DNA of 64,000 bases from an uncultured Chloroflexia bacterium (GTDB lineage: Bacteria > Chloroflexota > Anaerolineae > Anaerolineales > UBA4823), in assembly GCA_963705155.1 (NCBI GenBank), contig CAVPJC010000001.1, positions 431,088 through 495,087 of the forward strand, read 5' to 3'. How positions within the stretch are numbered: the first letter of the stretch is position 1; every line of letters begins with the position of its first letter. This document shows, one piece after another, positions 41,405-51,637 of the stretch. Made by a program: the position numbers and the translations under genes. Below the pieces are notes generated by a model that was given only the letters and a program-made list of their open reading frames with translations, did not search any database and was not told where the DNA came from.

Positions 41405-43896
41405 ATGGAACGTTTTACACAACGAGCGCGCCGCGTACTGAGCCTGGCACACCAGGAAGCAGAGCGCATGCGTCATAATTACATTGGTACCGAGCACCTG
41501 CTTCTCGGGTTGATCCGCGAGGAGGGGGTGTCGCCGGACGTGTACTGCGCGAGCTGGGCCTGGAAGCCGAGCGTGTGCAGGAAATTGTTGAGCGGCTGAC
41601 CGGAACAGGCCAATCGCGCGGCGGCAAGCTGGACCTTTCCCCTGGCACCCAGCAGGTGCTGGAATTTGCCGTCGAAGAGGCCCGGCGTATGGGCCATCAC
41701 TACATTGGCACCGAACATCTTCTGTTGGGGCTGGTGCGCTATGGCGAAGGTGTGGCCCTGGATGTGCTGCGCAAGCTCGGCGTTACGCCCGAGCAGATCC
41801 GCCGGCAGACACGCCGTGTCTTGCAGGAATTGACGGCTTCACGCCGCACCAGCGCTACCCCCGAGACGCCCAAGACGCCCGCCAAACAGGAACAGCAAAA
41901 AGCCAAAACCCCCATGGTGGATCAACTGGCAACCGACCTGACCACCCTGGCAGAGGAAGGCAAGCTGGACCCGGTCATCGGGCGGCAAATGGAAATCGAG
42001 CGCGTCATCCAGATTCTGGCGCGCCGCACCAAGAACAACCCCGCCCTGATCGGCGAGCCGGGTGTGGGCAAGACCGCCATCGTGGAAGGCCTTGCGCAGC
42101 GCATTATGGATGCCGATGTGCCCGCCCCCCTTCTGGGCAAGCGTGTCTTGCAATTGGATGTGGGTTCGCTGGTTGCAGGCACTATGTACCGCGGCCAGTT
42201 TGAAGAGCGCCTCAAGCGCGTGATCGAAGAGCTCAAATCTTCAGGCTCGATCCTGTTCATCGATGAAGTCCACATGCTGGTGGGCGCCGGCGCTGCCGGT
42301 TCTTCGGTGGATGCCGCCAACATCCTCAAGCCCGCCCTTTCGCGCGGCGAGCTGCAGGTGATCGGCGCAACCACGCTCGATGAGTACCGCAAGCACATCG
42401 AGAGCGACGCCGCCCTGGAGCGGCGCTTCCAGCCCATCATGGTGGAAGAGCCTTCAGAAGAAGAGGCCATCGAGATCCTGCGCGGCATCCGCGGCGCCTA
42501 CGAAGAGCACCACCGTCTCACCATTTCGGATGAGGCCCTCAATGCCGCCGTGCGACTTTCAGCCCGCTATGTCACCGAGCGCTTCCTGCCGGATAAAGCC
42601 ATCGACCTGATCGATGAATCATCCTCGCGGGTGCGCATGTACAAAAGCCCGGCGGCGCGCAACGCCAAAGAGCTGATGCGCGAGCTGCGCGAGGCCCGCC
42701 AGAACCTGGCTATGGCTACGGAAGACAGCCGCAACGACGACGCCCAGGATTTTATGGAGCGCCAGGAAGAGCTGGAACGCCAGTTGGAACGTATGCGCAC
42801 CGTGTGGGATCGCTCCAACAGCCCGGTTGTTTCGGCGGAAGATATTGCCGAAGTGGTCTCAATGTGGACGGGCGTTCCGGTGATGCAGATTGCCCAGGAA
42901 GAATCGCAGCGCCTGCTGCAGATGGAAACCGAGCTGCAATCCAGGATCGTGGGGCAGGAAGAGGCTATCCAGGCCATTTCCAAGGCCGTGCGCCGCGCCC
43001 GTGCCGGGCTCAAAGACCCACGCCGCCCGATTGGCTCGTTCATTTTCCTCGGCCCCACTGGTGTGGGCAAAACCGAGCTGACCAAAGCCATGGCGCAGTT
43101 CCTCTTCGGCAGCGAAGACGCCCTGGTGCAGCTGGATATGTCGGAGTTCATGGAGCGCCACAGCGTCAGCCGCCTGGTGGGCGCGCCTCCCGGTTACGTG
43201 GGCTACGAAGATGCCGGGCAGCTCACCGAAGCGCTGCGCCGCCGGCCTTATTCCATCGTGGTCTTCGACGAGATCGAAAAGGCCCACCCCGAAGCCCATA
43301 ACATGCTGTTGCAGATCATGGAAGAAGGTCACCTCTCGGATGCCCGCGGCCGCAAAGTGGATTTCCGCAATGCCATAATCGTGATGACCTCCAACGTGGG
43401 CGCCGATATGATCAAGCGCCAGACCGCGCTGGGCTTCACCATGAAGAAAGACGAGGCGCTGCAGGAGAGCCAGGCCTACGATGAGATGCGCAAGAAGCTG
43501 CTTGATTCGCTCAAGCGCGTTTTCAGGCCCGAGTTTATCAACCGCCTCGATTCGGTCATCGTCTTCCGCTCACTCAGCCGGGATGATATCAAGAAGATCG
43601 TCGAGCTGGAGCTTAGTAAAGTGTCTACGCGCGTGGTCGAGCACGAGATCAAGATCTCTGCCACACCCGCTGCGCTGGAACTGCTGGCAGAGCAGGGTTA
43701 CGACCCCGATATGGGCGCCCGCCCGCTGCGGCGTGTGATCCAGCAAAAGGTGGAAGACCCGCTTTCCGATGCGCTGCTTTCGGGCCAATTTGTGGATGGC
43801 GATACCATCCTGGTGGATGTGGTCGAAGGCGAATTCTTGCTGCGGCGGGAGGCCAGGGAAGAGACAGCCTCTTCCGAAGTGGTCGCCGCGGCGTAA
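41405..43896 (+). pseudogene. clpC: ATP-dependent Clp protease ATP-binding subunit ClpC, one frameshift in the N-domain
   Basis: [41 protein letters not shown] (41405..) shifts at a G-run near 41523 into the frame of 41575..43896 (two AAA+ modules, GEPGVGKTA and GPTGVGKTE). Confidence 0.9.
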
Positions 43897-43938
43897 ATAC
43901 GGTCAGGTTCTAACCACCGCTTTCGCGGTGTTCTCCCA

Positions 43939-43988
43939 GGCTTCTGGATGCCCTGCCCCTGTGGGCGGTGGCTCCGGAAGCCTTTTTT
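43939..43988 (+). terminator. Possible terminator after clpC
   Basis: GGCTTCTGG ... CCGGAAGCC (9-bp stem with one G-U pair and a long 26-nt loop) followed by TTTTTT. Confidence 0.4.
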
Positions 43989-44089
43989 GTGCTAGAATTT
44001 AGCTGGTTATTCAACCAACGCGCCAGACAATATTCACTGTCCTATTCCACCGGCGGGAAGGCAACCTGCCAGTAACCGGGAACACGCTC

Positions 44090-44878
44090 ATGTCCACTCC
44101 AATTCCCTTGATCCATATCCAAAATCTGGTAAAACGCTACGGCGAGAAGACCGCCGTGGATGATGTCAGCCTGCAGGTCTATGGCGGTGAGATCTTCGGC
44201 TTTCTGGGGCCGAATGGCGCCGGCAAGACCACCACGATCAAGATGATCGTGGGGCTGCTGCAGCCAACCTCCGGCACGGTGCGGGTGGGAGGGTACGATG
44301 TGCTCGCCCAGCCCTTGCAGGCCAAGGCTGTCAGCGGCTATGTGCCCGATACCCCCAACCTGTACCCCAAGCTCACCGGCCGCGAACTGCTGCGCTTTGT
44401 GGGCGACCTTTATGGTTTGGAATCAAGCCAGGTGGAGCGGCGCATCGATGAGCTGCTGCGCTTGTTTGACCTGGCCCAGGCCGGCGATGACACCATCGAT
44501 TCGTACAGTCACGGCATGCAGCAAAAGACCGCCCTGGCAGCCGCGCTGGTGCACGACCCGCGCCTCCTGGTGCTGGATGAGCCCACCGTGGGGCTGGACC
44601 CCAAGTCGGCGCGCCTGATCAAAGATATCCTGCGCCAGATGGCTGAGCGCGGCGCAGCGGTTTTCCTCTCCACCCACATCCTTGAAATTGCCGAGCGCAT
44701 GTGCGACCGGATCGGCATCATCAGCCGCGGGCGCCTGATCGCCTCGGGCAGCATGGATGAACTGCGCCTCCTGGGTAAAGAAGGCGGCGGAGAGCAGGTC
44801 GGCGCCAGCCTGGAAGACATCTTCCTGGGGCTTACTGGCGGAGCGGAGTATGCCGAAATTGCTGAGGTGCTGAAGTGA
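44090..44878 (+). CDS. ABC transporter ATP-binding protein (ABC-2 exporter type)
   Basis: Intact 262-aa ORF with Walker A GPNGAGKTT, signature YSHGMQQK and Walker B LLVLDEPTVGLD. Confidence 0.85.
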   Translation: MSTPIPLIHIQNLVKRYGEKTAVDDVSLQVYGGEIFGFLGPNGAGKTTTIKMIVGLLQPTSGTVRVGGYDVLAQPLQAKAVSGYVPDTPNLYPKLTGRELLRFVGDLYGLESSQVERRIDELLRLFDLAQAGDDTIDSYSHGMQQKTALAAALVHDPRLLVLDEPTVGLDPKSARLIKDILRQMAERGAAVFLSTHILEIAERMCDRIGIISRGRLIASGSMDELRLLGKEGGGEQVGASLEDIFLGLTGGAEYAEIAEVLK

Positions 44879-46674
44879 TCCCCGCCGCGGTGGGGCCATC
44901 CCTCCAAGAGACGCCGGCAGCCCTGCCGCGCCTGTGGCCCACGGTCTGGAAGCTGCTGCGCCTGCGTTGGGTGATCTTTTTCAGCGCCTTCCGGCGCGCC
45001 CGGCTGCGGCGCAAGATCGGCATCATCGCCCTGGTGCTGGTCACGCTGGCTTTTTTGGGGTTCATCTTTTTTCTGAGCTGGACGCTGCTGGGCTTCTTGC
45101 GCTCGCCGGAGCTGGTGCAGGTGGTGGGCGATGTGACACCCTTTCTGGAGAGCGTGCCGGTGCTGCTGGTGGGCGGGGCCTTCCTGGGCATCCTGCTCAC
45201 CAGCTTTGGTGTGCTGCTGCAGGCCCTCTACCTGGCGGGCGATATGGACTTTCTGCTCAGTGCGCCGGTGCCCATCCGGGCTGTATTTGTCAGCAAGCTG
45301 CTGCAGGCCATCCTGCCCAACTTCAGCCTGATCTGCGTCTTTGCCCTGCCGGTGCTCTACGGGCTGGGGGCCGCCGGGGGTTACAACCTGCTGTATTACC
45401 CGCTGGCGCTGGTGGTGATGGCGGCGCTGGCCCTGGCGGCGGCAGGGCTTTCCGGCCTGCTGGTGATGGCGGTGGTGCGCATCTTCCCGGCGCGGCGCGT
45501 GGCCGAGGTGCTGGGGTTTGTGGGGGCGGTGTCGTCCTTCATCTGCTCGCAGACGGGCCAGTTTGCGCGCTTCAGCGATGTCTCCGGCGACCAGGCCGCC
45601 CAGGCGCTGAGCGCCCTGCAGCGCTTCAACGCGCCCTGGTCGCCGCTGGCCTGGGCCGGGCGCGGGCTGGTGGATCTGGGCGAAGGGCGCTGGCTGCCGG
45701 GTCTGGGCTTCCTGGGGTTGGCGCTGGGGCTGGCGGGGCTGGTCTTTGCGGTGGCGCTGACCAGCGCCGAGAAGCTGTATTATTCCGGTTGGGCCAGCAT
45801 GCAGGGCAACTTGCGCAAGAAAAAGGCGCCCAGGGCGGCGGCCACTGGCGTACCAGCCGCCGGGCGGTTGGCCGGCCTGCGCAGCCTGTCAGCACGGGTC
45901 GCCCGGCAGATCCCGCCGGCAGTGCGGGCCATGGCGGTCAAAGATTTCTACGTGCTGCGGCGTGACCTGCGCAATATGTCGCAGCTGGTTACCCCCCTGA
46001 TCCTGGGCATCGTCTACGCCTTCGCTTTTCTGCGCAGCGGGGGCGAAGCCCCGGCGGGGCGCGGCGAGGCGCCGGTCTGGTTTATGGAAATCGCCCGCAA
46101 CGCCATGCTGTACGGCAACGTGGCCATTTCGCTCTTCGTGGGCTGGATGCTGGTGGCGCGCCTGGCGGGGATGGGTTTTTCACAGGAAGGCAAGAGCTTC
46201 TGGCTGCTGAAGACCGCTCCGGTGAGCGCCTGGCAGATGCTGGCGGCTAAATTTCTCGTGGCGTTTTTACCGTCGCTGGCGCTGGGCTGGGCCTTTTTGC
46301 TGGGCATCTCGCTGATGCAGCGCACCGGCCTGGGGGTGCTGCTGTTCAACCTGCTGGTGGTGGCGCTGTGCGTGGCGGGCAACAGCGGGCTGAACCTGGC
46401 TTTTGGCGTGGTGGGGGCGCGCATGGATTGGGAAGACCCGCGCCAGATGCAGCGGGGCAGCGCCGGCTGCCTGGGGGCGCTGGCCAGCATGCTCTACCTG
46501 CCGTTGAGCCTGGTGCTGTTCTTCGGCCCGCCGGTGCTCTTCCTGGCGTTGAGCTGGCCTGAGGCGCTCGGGCAGGCCGCCGGGCTGGCGCTGGGCGGGG
46601 CCTTCAGCCTGACCTGCACGCTGCTGCCGCTCTGGCTGGTGCGCAAGCGCGTGCCCCGGCTGGGAGAGGGATAA
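44875..46674 (+). CDS. Polytopic membrane protein, putative permease partner of the ABC ATPase
   Basis: Intact 599-aa hydrophobic ORF whose start overlaps the ATPase stop (GTGA). Confidence 0.6.
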   Translation: MIPAAVGPSLQETPAALPRLWPTVWKLLRLRWVIFFSAFRRARLRRKIGIIALVLVTLAFLGFIFFLSWTLLGFLRSPELVQVVGDVTPFLESVPVLLVGGAFLGILLTSFGVLLQALYLAGDMDFLLSAPVPIRAVFVSKLLQAILPNFSLICVFALPVLYGLGAAGGYNLLYYPLALVVMAALALAAAGLSGLLVMAVVRIFPARRVAEVLGFVGAVSSFICSQTGQFARFSDVSGDQAAQALSALQRFNAPWSPLAWAGRGLVDLGEGRWLPGLGFLGLALGLAGLVFAVALTSAEKLYYSGWASMQGNLRKKKAPRAAATGVPAAGRLAGLRSLSARVARQIPPAVRAMAVKDFYVLRRDLRNMSQLVTPLILGIVYAFAFLRSGGEAPAGRGEAPVWFMEIARNAMLYGNVAISLFVGWMLVARLAGMGFSQEGKSFWLLKTAPVSAWQMLAAKFLVAFLPSLALGWAFLLGISLMQRTGLGVLLFNLLVVALCVAGNSGLNLAFGVVGARMDWEDPRQMQRGSAGCLGALASMLYLPLSLVLFFGPPVLFLALSWPEALGQAAGLALGGAFSLTCTLLPLWLVRKRVPRLGEG

Positions 46675-46780
46675 AGACGCTGAAGAGGGGAAAACAAACC
46701 ACAGATCACCACAGATGCACACAGATATAGTATAGATAAGCACAAATTTGGGAAATTGAACTAAAAAAAACGAGTTAAAA

Positions 46781-46846
46781 GTAGCCGATATTCCGTAACC
46801 CTGCAGCGGTACCGTTAATCGAGATTGCGATAATCTCGTTGAGCAG
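46781..46846 (-). pseudogene. 66-bp relic homologous to the 3' end of ppc
   Basis: Aligns without gaps to 53848-53913 with 57/66 identical bases. It translates LLNEIIAISINGTAAGLRNIGY, against LLNEIIAITINGIAAGLRNTG* in the real gene. Confidence 0.55.
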
Positions 46847-47042
46847 TCGTAGGTTGGGATGGTGGGCAAAAAAGATGCTCTTTTTGAAGGAGCAGCCTGC
46901 CCACCAACCCAACATCACTTCCATGCCGAATATCAGCGCTGAACCATCAGCCGCTTCCCAATTCGCCGGGTAAATCGTTGGGTCTCATTGAGGGAATATC
47001 AGATGGGTGACCGAACAGAACCACCCAGACCAATCTACCCGA
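46847..47042. repeat. MITE-like palindromic repeat, copy 1 (subfamily a)
   Basis: Begins TCGTAGGTTGGGATGGTGGGCA. The 16-bp arms at 46853-46868 and 46898-46913 have one mismatch. The right end CCCAGACCAATCTACCCGA is an imperfect inverted copy of the left end. Confidence 0.75.
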
Positions 47043-47083
47043 CTGAAGTTATGAACTTGGTAAGGTACAGGTTGAGTATAATT

Positions 47084-47239
47084 CTATCGAACTATTAAAT
47101 TCCCGGTTCGAAATCCGAGGAGCAATAACCAAACGGCTATGAAAGTCATTATTAAAACAGTGAAGCCAATTATTCTTGTCCATATTATCAAGGCTGTGAA
47201 TTCATATGGCCTCTCTTGTTGTGCTTTCAAGCGTTTTGA
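47084..47239 (-). pseudogene. 3' part of a small two-TM membrane-protein gene split by the IS256-family insertion
   Basis: Continues the frame of 50405..50623 across the 9-bp duplication: ...DYSKR|LKAQQERPYEFTALIIWTRIIGFTVLIMTFIAVWLLLLGFRTGNLIVR*. Confidence 0.65.
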
Positions 47240-47361
47240 TAGTGCAAGATCGTTTCTGTAAATTCCTGTTGGTATCCTTTGTGAACGTGCAGAACCTTAA
47301 GAATTGAAAACCCGGTTGTGGATAAGTGGACAGAAAATCGCTGCCCACTTACCCACAACCG

Positions 47362-48570
47362 CTACGACTGCGACGGTTCATCATTCTCGAAGGTCAGATA
47401 AACCCGACCGGTCTGCCACTCCTCGTCATACTCCATCAGAACAGCGCTAATCAAGCGTAAACAAGCTGCTTCGTTGGGAAAGATGCTCACCACGGCGGTT
47501 CGCCTGCGAATTTCGCGGTTCAAGCGCTCGATCGGGTTGGATGTGCGCAGCTTGCGTTGGTGCTTGAGCGGGAAGGCGAATACGGTCAAGCCTTCAGGAA
47601 TGTTCTTCTCCATCCAGTCCGCCAGCCGCGAAGCGCTTTTGGCATACTTCTCGACCACTTTTTTCAGATAGGCCTCAGCCATCGGACGATCGGGAGCATT
47701 GAAGATGGTGCGAATATCGGCTGCGACTTCGGCTCGCATATCTTTGCGGGGCACATAAGCGCTGGCGTTTTGCTGCAGGTGAAACTGGCAGCGCTGCCAG
47801 GGAACTCCACCGAAAACCGCCTTGCGAGCCGCCTTCAGTCCGGCGTGGTCGTCACTGGTGATGAGCTGCACACCGCACAAGCCACGGGCGATCAGGCTCT
47901 GCAAGAAAGTACGCCAGTGGATTTCCTGCTCGCCCAATGACACCGAGAGCCCTAAGAGATGACGTTTTCCGAGCCGGTCTACTCCGGCAGCGATCAAGAT
48001 GGCTGCATCTCGGATCTGGCCATCCTGGCGGATTTTCTCGTAGCGAGCATCCAGAAACAGGTAGACGATCTCTCCTAGAGGGCGGCTGCGCCAGGCCTGC
48101 AAGCCTTCGTCAAGGGCTGCGGCAGCCCGGCTGACTGTACTGGAAGACACCCCAGAACCACACAGCTGCTCAACAATCGCCTTCACTTTGCGAGTAGAAA
48201 CGCCCTGAACATACATCTCTGCCAGCGTAAGGGTCAAAGCGCGCTCACTGCGCTGCCCTTTTTCAAGTGCTTGTGGGTAGAAACCACCGTCGCGAACTTG
48301 TGGAACTGCAAAGGTGATTTCACCCATCCGGGTTTGGACCGTCTTCGGTTTGTAGCCGTTCGCATGCCCCTGTCGTTCATTCGTGCGTTGGTAAGGTTCA
48401 GCGCCAAGATAGTTTTCACGCTCGGCTCGCATGGCTGCATTGACCAGGATCCGCACGAGTTCTGGAATAAAGTCGAGGCCTTGTGAGGCGATTTGCTCCA
48501 GAAGCTCGGCAGGTACGGTAAAATCGGATTGGTAGGTCATGGTGTCATCTCCTTTGTTTAGTTTGGCCAC
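47362..48570 (-). CDS. IS256-family (mutator-type) transposase
   Basis: Intact 402-aa ORF with typical segments YLFLDARYEKIRQDGQIRDAAILIAAGV...ITSDDHAGLKAA...WQRCQFHLQQN. Confidence 0.9.
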   Translation of the reverse strand: MAKLNKGDDTMTYQSDFTVPAELLEQIASQGLDFIPELVRILVNAAMRAERENYLGAEPYQRTNERQGHANGYKPKTVQTRMGEITFAVPQVRDGGFYPQALEKGQRSERALTLTLAEMYVQGVSTRKVKAIVEQLCGSGVSSSTVSRAAAALDEGLQAWRSRPLGEIVYLFLDARYEKIRQDGQIRDAAILIAAGVDRLGKRHLLGLSVSLGEQEIHWRTFLQSLIARGLCGVQLITSDDHAGLKAARKAVFGGVPWQRCQFHLQQNASAYVPRKDMRAEVAADIRTIFNAPDRPMAEAYLKKVVEKYAKSASRLADWMEKNIPEGLTVFAFPLKHQRKLRTSNPIERLNREIRRRTAVVSIFPNEAACLRLISAVLMEYDEEWQTGRVYLTFENDEPSQS

Positions 48571-48630
48571 TTCAAAGGATACACCAGACCTACTCTTTTT
48601 TCGAGAGATCAGATTTTACAGAAACGATAA

Positions 48631-50390
48631 GAGTTTGTTGGCGAAGTCAGGTTAGGGCAGCTAATGCCTGGAACGGTGAAATCCGTGTTGGTTTGGGGCG
48701 TTCGCCACTCAACCAGGCGAATAATCGAGATCAGGTTTATCGCTGCGGCTGAAGCCGATCTGTTGCAGATGAGTGCGAGCCAGGCCAATATAGCGGGCAT
48801 AGCGGATACTTGGTTCTTCTGAACTCCTTGAGAAATGGTACTCTCAATTCCGGCTCGTTCTCCATACGAGCTTTTTAAAGTCTTCCGTTTGCTGACGCTG
48901 CCGGGCGGCCAATTGGGCTTCGTACTTCTCTTGCGGATAGAGCGTCAGTGTCCGACCGACATTCTTGGCTCGTGAACAAGCGCTGACGGAAGGGGCAAGG
49001 CAGGCAATCTTCTTTGCTAAAGACAAACGTAAAGCTGGGAGTTCCTCGCCAGGTTTTGCGTTTTGTACAAGTGAGCGCTGGTTTTTCCATTCGGGCAGGT
49101 GACCGATCTGGTTTTCCCAATCAATCTGAAATTGGGTATGATCGAATGCACCTTCTACCCGATCTTGCCAACTTTTGCTGGTGGGGACCGGGCCAACCAA
49201 GTCAATGCCTCGCTTTTGGCTGTCCACCAGCAAATCAATCTCCATGTAACCTTCATCCACCAACTGGATTTCAGGTAACCGTCCTTTCTCTTGCAGCTCA
49301 TCCTGAATCTTGGCCGTGACTTTCACATCATGAACCGTTGCAGGCGTCGTTTCGACCTGGGTTATCAGGCGGGGATATTCGGCCTGGCAGGTTTCGGTGA
49401 AATGGACTTTATATCCGTGCCATTCCGTGCTCCGTTTGACGCAGTAGCGCGCCTCCACGTCATCGGGGGAGCCGATCATTTTCCCGGCTGGCGGTTGCCC
49501 CCATTTCTCCTTCGTCCGCCAATAGACTTTGCCGTCACACCAGTAATACTGCTGCACCCAAATCCGCCGTAAAATTTCGATTTTCGGTGAGGTTTTTAGT
49601 TCTGGTGGGCCGGCTTCCGAATAAATGGTCTGGAGAAGATAGAAGCCATCTTCTCCAATCGCAACCGCTAATGCTTCTCGCTTTGGCTTTACTGGTGGGC
49701 AACTGGTATCCATCAAACCGCCGTCGCATATCGTTTGACCCATTCTGGTTTCATGTGCTGACGCAGCCAGGCTGGAGCGAGTTGCGCGGCTTCATCCAAA
49801 ACTCGCCTCATCGTTTCACCGACCAGCTCCAACAGGGTGAGGGATCGGATCGCCGCCACGACATGGGTGGAATCCGTTCGCTGTTTCTTTTTCCCCTTGA
49901 GAAAACCTAGGCTCTCACAGCGTTCGAGCAGCTTTTCAAGCAGGATGGCTTCCGATTTCCCTGCCAACAAACGCTGCCGAAACTCACTCAAAACCGAGAA
50001 ATCAAAGCCGGGATCTTCGAGCTTGAGACCCAGCATGTATTTCCAATCGATCCGACTGCGCACCGCTTCTGCGGCTTGTCGATCGGACAAGTCTTCTAGA
50101 TACTGCATCAATCGTAATGAGAGCCAACCGCCCTGGACTTTCAGCCGGCTGACCAAGGGTCGGGTAGAGATCCTTGAATTGATCGTCTTCAAAGATCTGA
50201 CCGAGTGTATCTCTCAGAGTGAGATAGATATTCCCGTTTGGAAAGGCGGCTTTGGCAACTTTGACGGTTTCCTCTGGGATTGGATAATCATTTTCTGGTT
50301 TTAGCATCTTCGCTTACTCCTGAACGTTTCCTTATTCAAGAGTATAAACCTACTGGTAAGATCATCCTTTTCGACTTCGCCAACAAACTC
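48631..50390 (-). mobile_element. IS1182-family insertion sequence inserted 14 bp inside the IS256 right end
   Basis: Perfect 18-bp terminal inverted repeats: GAGTTTGTTGGCGAAGTC (48631-48648) and GACTTCGCCAACAAACTC (50373-50390). Flanked by the 7-bp direct repeat ACGATAA (48624-48630 and 50391-50397). Length 1760 bp. Confidence 0.8.
48844..50307 (-). pseudogene. IS1182-family DDE transposase, at least 2-3 frameshifts
   Basis: Pieces 50002..50307, 49713..50192, 48844..49743 and 48875..49120. N-terminal MLKPENDYPIPEE...LSDRQAAEAVRSRIDWKYMLGL and the C-terminal Cys-rich CLPCPFRQR...GRTLTLYP pattern. Confidence 0.7.
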
Positions 50391-50404
50391 ACGATAATAC
50401 ACTA

Positions 50405-50623
50405 GCGTTTTGAGTAATCTTTACCAAACAACGCGGATTGTATAGGCAATTTATCAATATCTTCATCACTGAAATTCTGCGAATAGAACATACTTTGTTC
50501 AATCTTTGCACGAATTTGGATCACTTTGTGAGGAAAGAACCCAGCAACTATACCGATTATGAGCAACGGAAGGGATAAAAATATCCACAAGTATGAGCTG
50601 CCTGATTCCATATTTATCTCCAT
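50405..50623 (-). pseudogene. 5' part of the small membrane-protein gene split by the IS256-family insertion
   Basis: Track ORF 50402..50623. Its stop codon (complement of CTA at 50402-50404) is supplied by the IS end. Confidence 0.65.
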
Positions 50624-50817
50624 GACCTCTTCTTATCTTCGAAAGAGTTCCTTTGCCGTCGTGATTTGCTTGTCATAGGTTACCTAATTTGACACACATA
50701 TTGTGTGTGATGAACGTTTATCCTCCCTATTATTACGGAAAACAAAAATATTATGTAGATTTACTGTCAGAGGTACCCAAGTACAATTTACACCAACGTG
50801 ACCTTCAGCGAAAGAAG

Positions 50818-50973
50818 TCGTAGGTTGGGATGGTGGGCAAAAAAGATGCTCTTTTTCAGGAGCAGCCTGCCCACCATCCCAACATCTTTTTCAGGCCAAT
50901 TTCCTGACAAAAAACCACAAGTCGCTTCCCAATCCGCCGTGTAAATCATTGGGTCTCGTTGATGCAATACCAG
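50818..50973. repeat. MITE-like palindromic repeat, copy 2 (subfamily b, right end diverged or truncated)
   Basis: Perfect 16-bp arms at 50824-50839 and 50868-50883. It matches copy 4 up to GTTGATGCAATACCAG. Confidence 0.7.
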
Positions 50974-51005
50974 CTGGCGTAGGATTCGCAAACGCACAAC
51001 CCTTC

Positions 51006-51393
51006 TTACGGAACTTTCTCTTCTTTATGAATAATGAATCGATTTCCAGAAACATAATGCTTTGATACATACGATACTATCACAATAGTAAAAAGCACAC
51101 TAAGGGCAAAGCCTGCTACGTTTTCATAGGTAGTAGCTTTTGATATAAAAGATAAAACCGAAAATAATCCCAATGAAACTCCACCCATTTGTGCCTGAAA
51201 TGCAATTACTCTCATCGTTCCTTTTGGAAATTCTTTGGATACTAGGAGCCCCACATAAATAATACAACCACTTAGGAGGAGAAATAATTTTTTCCAAATT
51301 ATCTGAGGTAAAACCAGTAGTTGACATAAAGCGTGCTGTCATAAAGTAACCACCGAACCACAGAAATATTGCCAGTAAAGGAAAGTAGATCAT
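51006..51393 (-). pseudogene. AT-rich small hydrophobic protein gene, one frameshift
   Basis: Pieces 51124..51393 and 51006..51254 overlap and would join into a membrane protein of ~128 aa. No recognisable family. Confidence 0.4.
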
Positions 51394-51443
51394 CTCTTCA
51401 CCTTAAATCCAATAATGTTTGAATATCAGATTACATTCTTAGT

Positions 51444-51637
51444 TCGTAGGTTGGGATGGTGGGCAAAAAGGATGCTCTTTTTACAGGAGCAGCCTGCCCA
51501 CCATCCCAACATCTATTCCATGCCGGTTACCAGCGCTGAACCATCAGTCGCTCCCCAATCCGCCGGGTAAATGGTTGGTTTCTGTCCAGGAGATCAGATG
51601 GGCGATCGATTAGAACCACTCGACCCACCCTACACAA
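51444..51637. repeat. MITE-like palindromic repeat, copy 3 (subfamily a)
   Basis: Perfect 16-bp arms at 51450-51465 and 51495-51510. Collinear with copy 1 through ...GACCCACCCTACACAA. Confidence 0.75.

Larger units (their letters stand above)
47240..50404 (-). mobile_element. IS256-family insertion sequence (about 1.4 kb of its own DNA) carrying a nested IS1182-family element
   Basis: Imperfect 25-bp terminal inverted repeats (22/25 identical): TAGTGCAAGATCGTTTCTGTAAATT at 47240 and the complement of ATTTTACAGAAACGAT..AATACACTA ending at 50404. Flanked by the 9-bp direct repeat GCGTTTTGA (47231-47239 and 50405-50413). Confidence 0.8.

Noticed and set aside
47305-47352. Inverted repeat GGTTGTGGATAAGTGG...CCACTTACCCACAACC as a separate regulatory element or IS terminus
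   Set aside because: It lies inside the IS256-family element, just 3' of the transposase stop. It is best explained as that gene's own terminator-like hairpin. The true IS termini are defined by the TIRs and the 9-bp duplication.
48844-50307. Frame changes in the IS1182-type (and IS4/IS701-type, 52163-53586) transposase genes as programmed -1 ribosomal frameshifting
   Set aside because: Programmed frameshifting is characteristic of the IS1 and IS3 families. IS1182, IS4 and IS701 transposases are normally single ORFs. I saw no slippery heptamer at the junctions, and the window is full of similar breaks.
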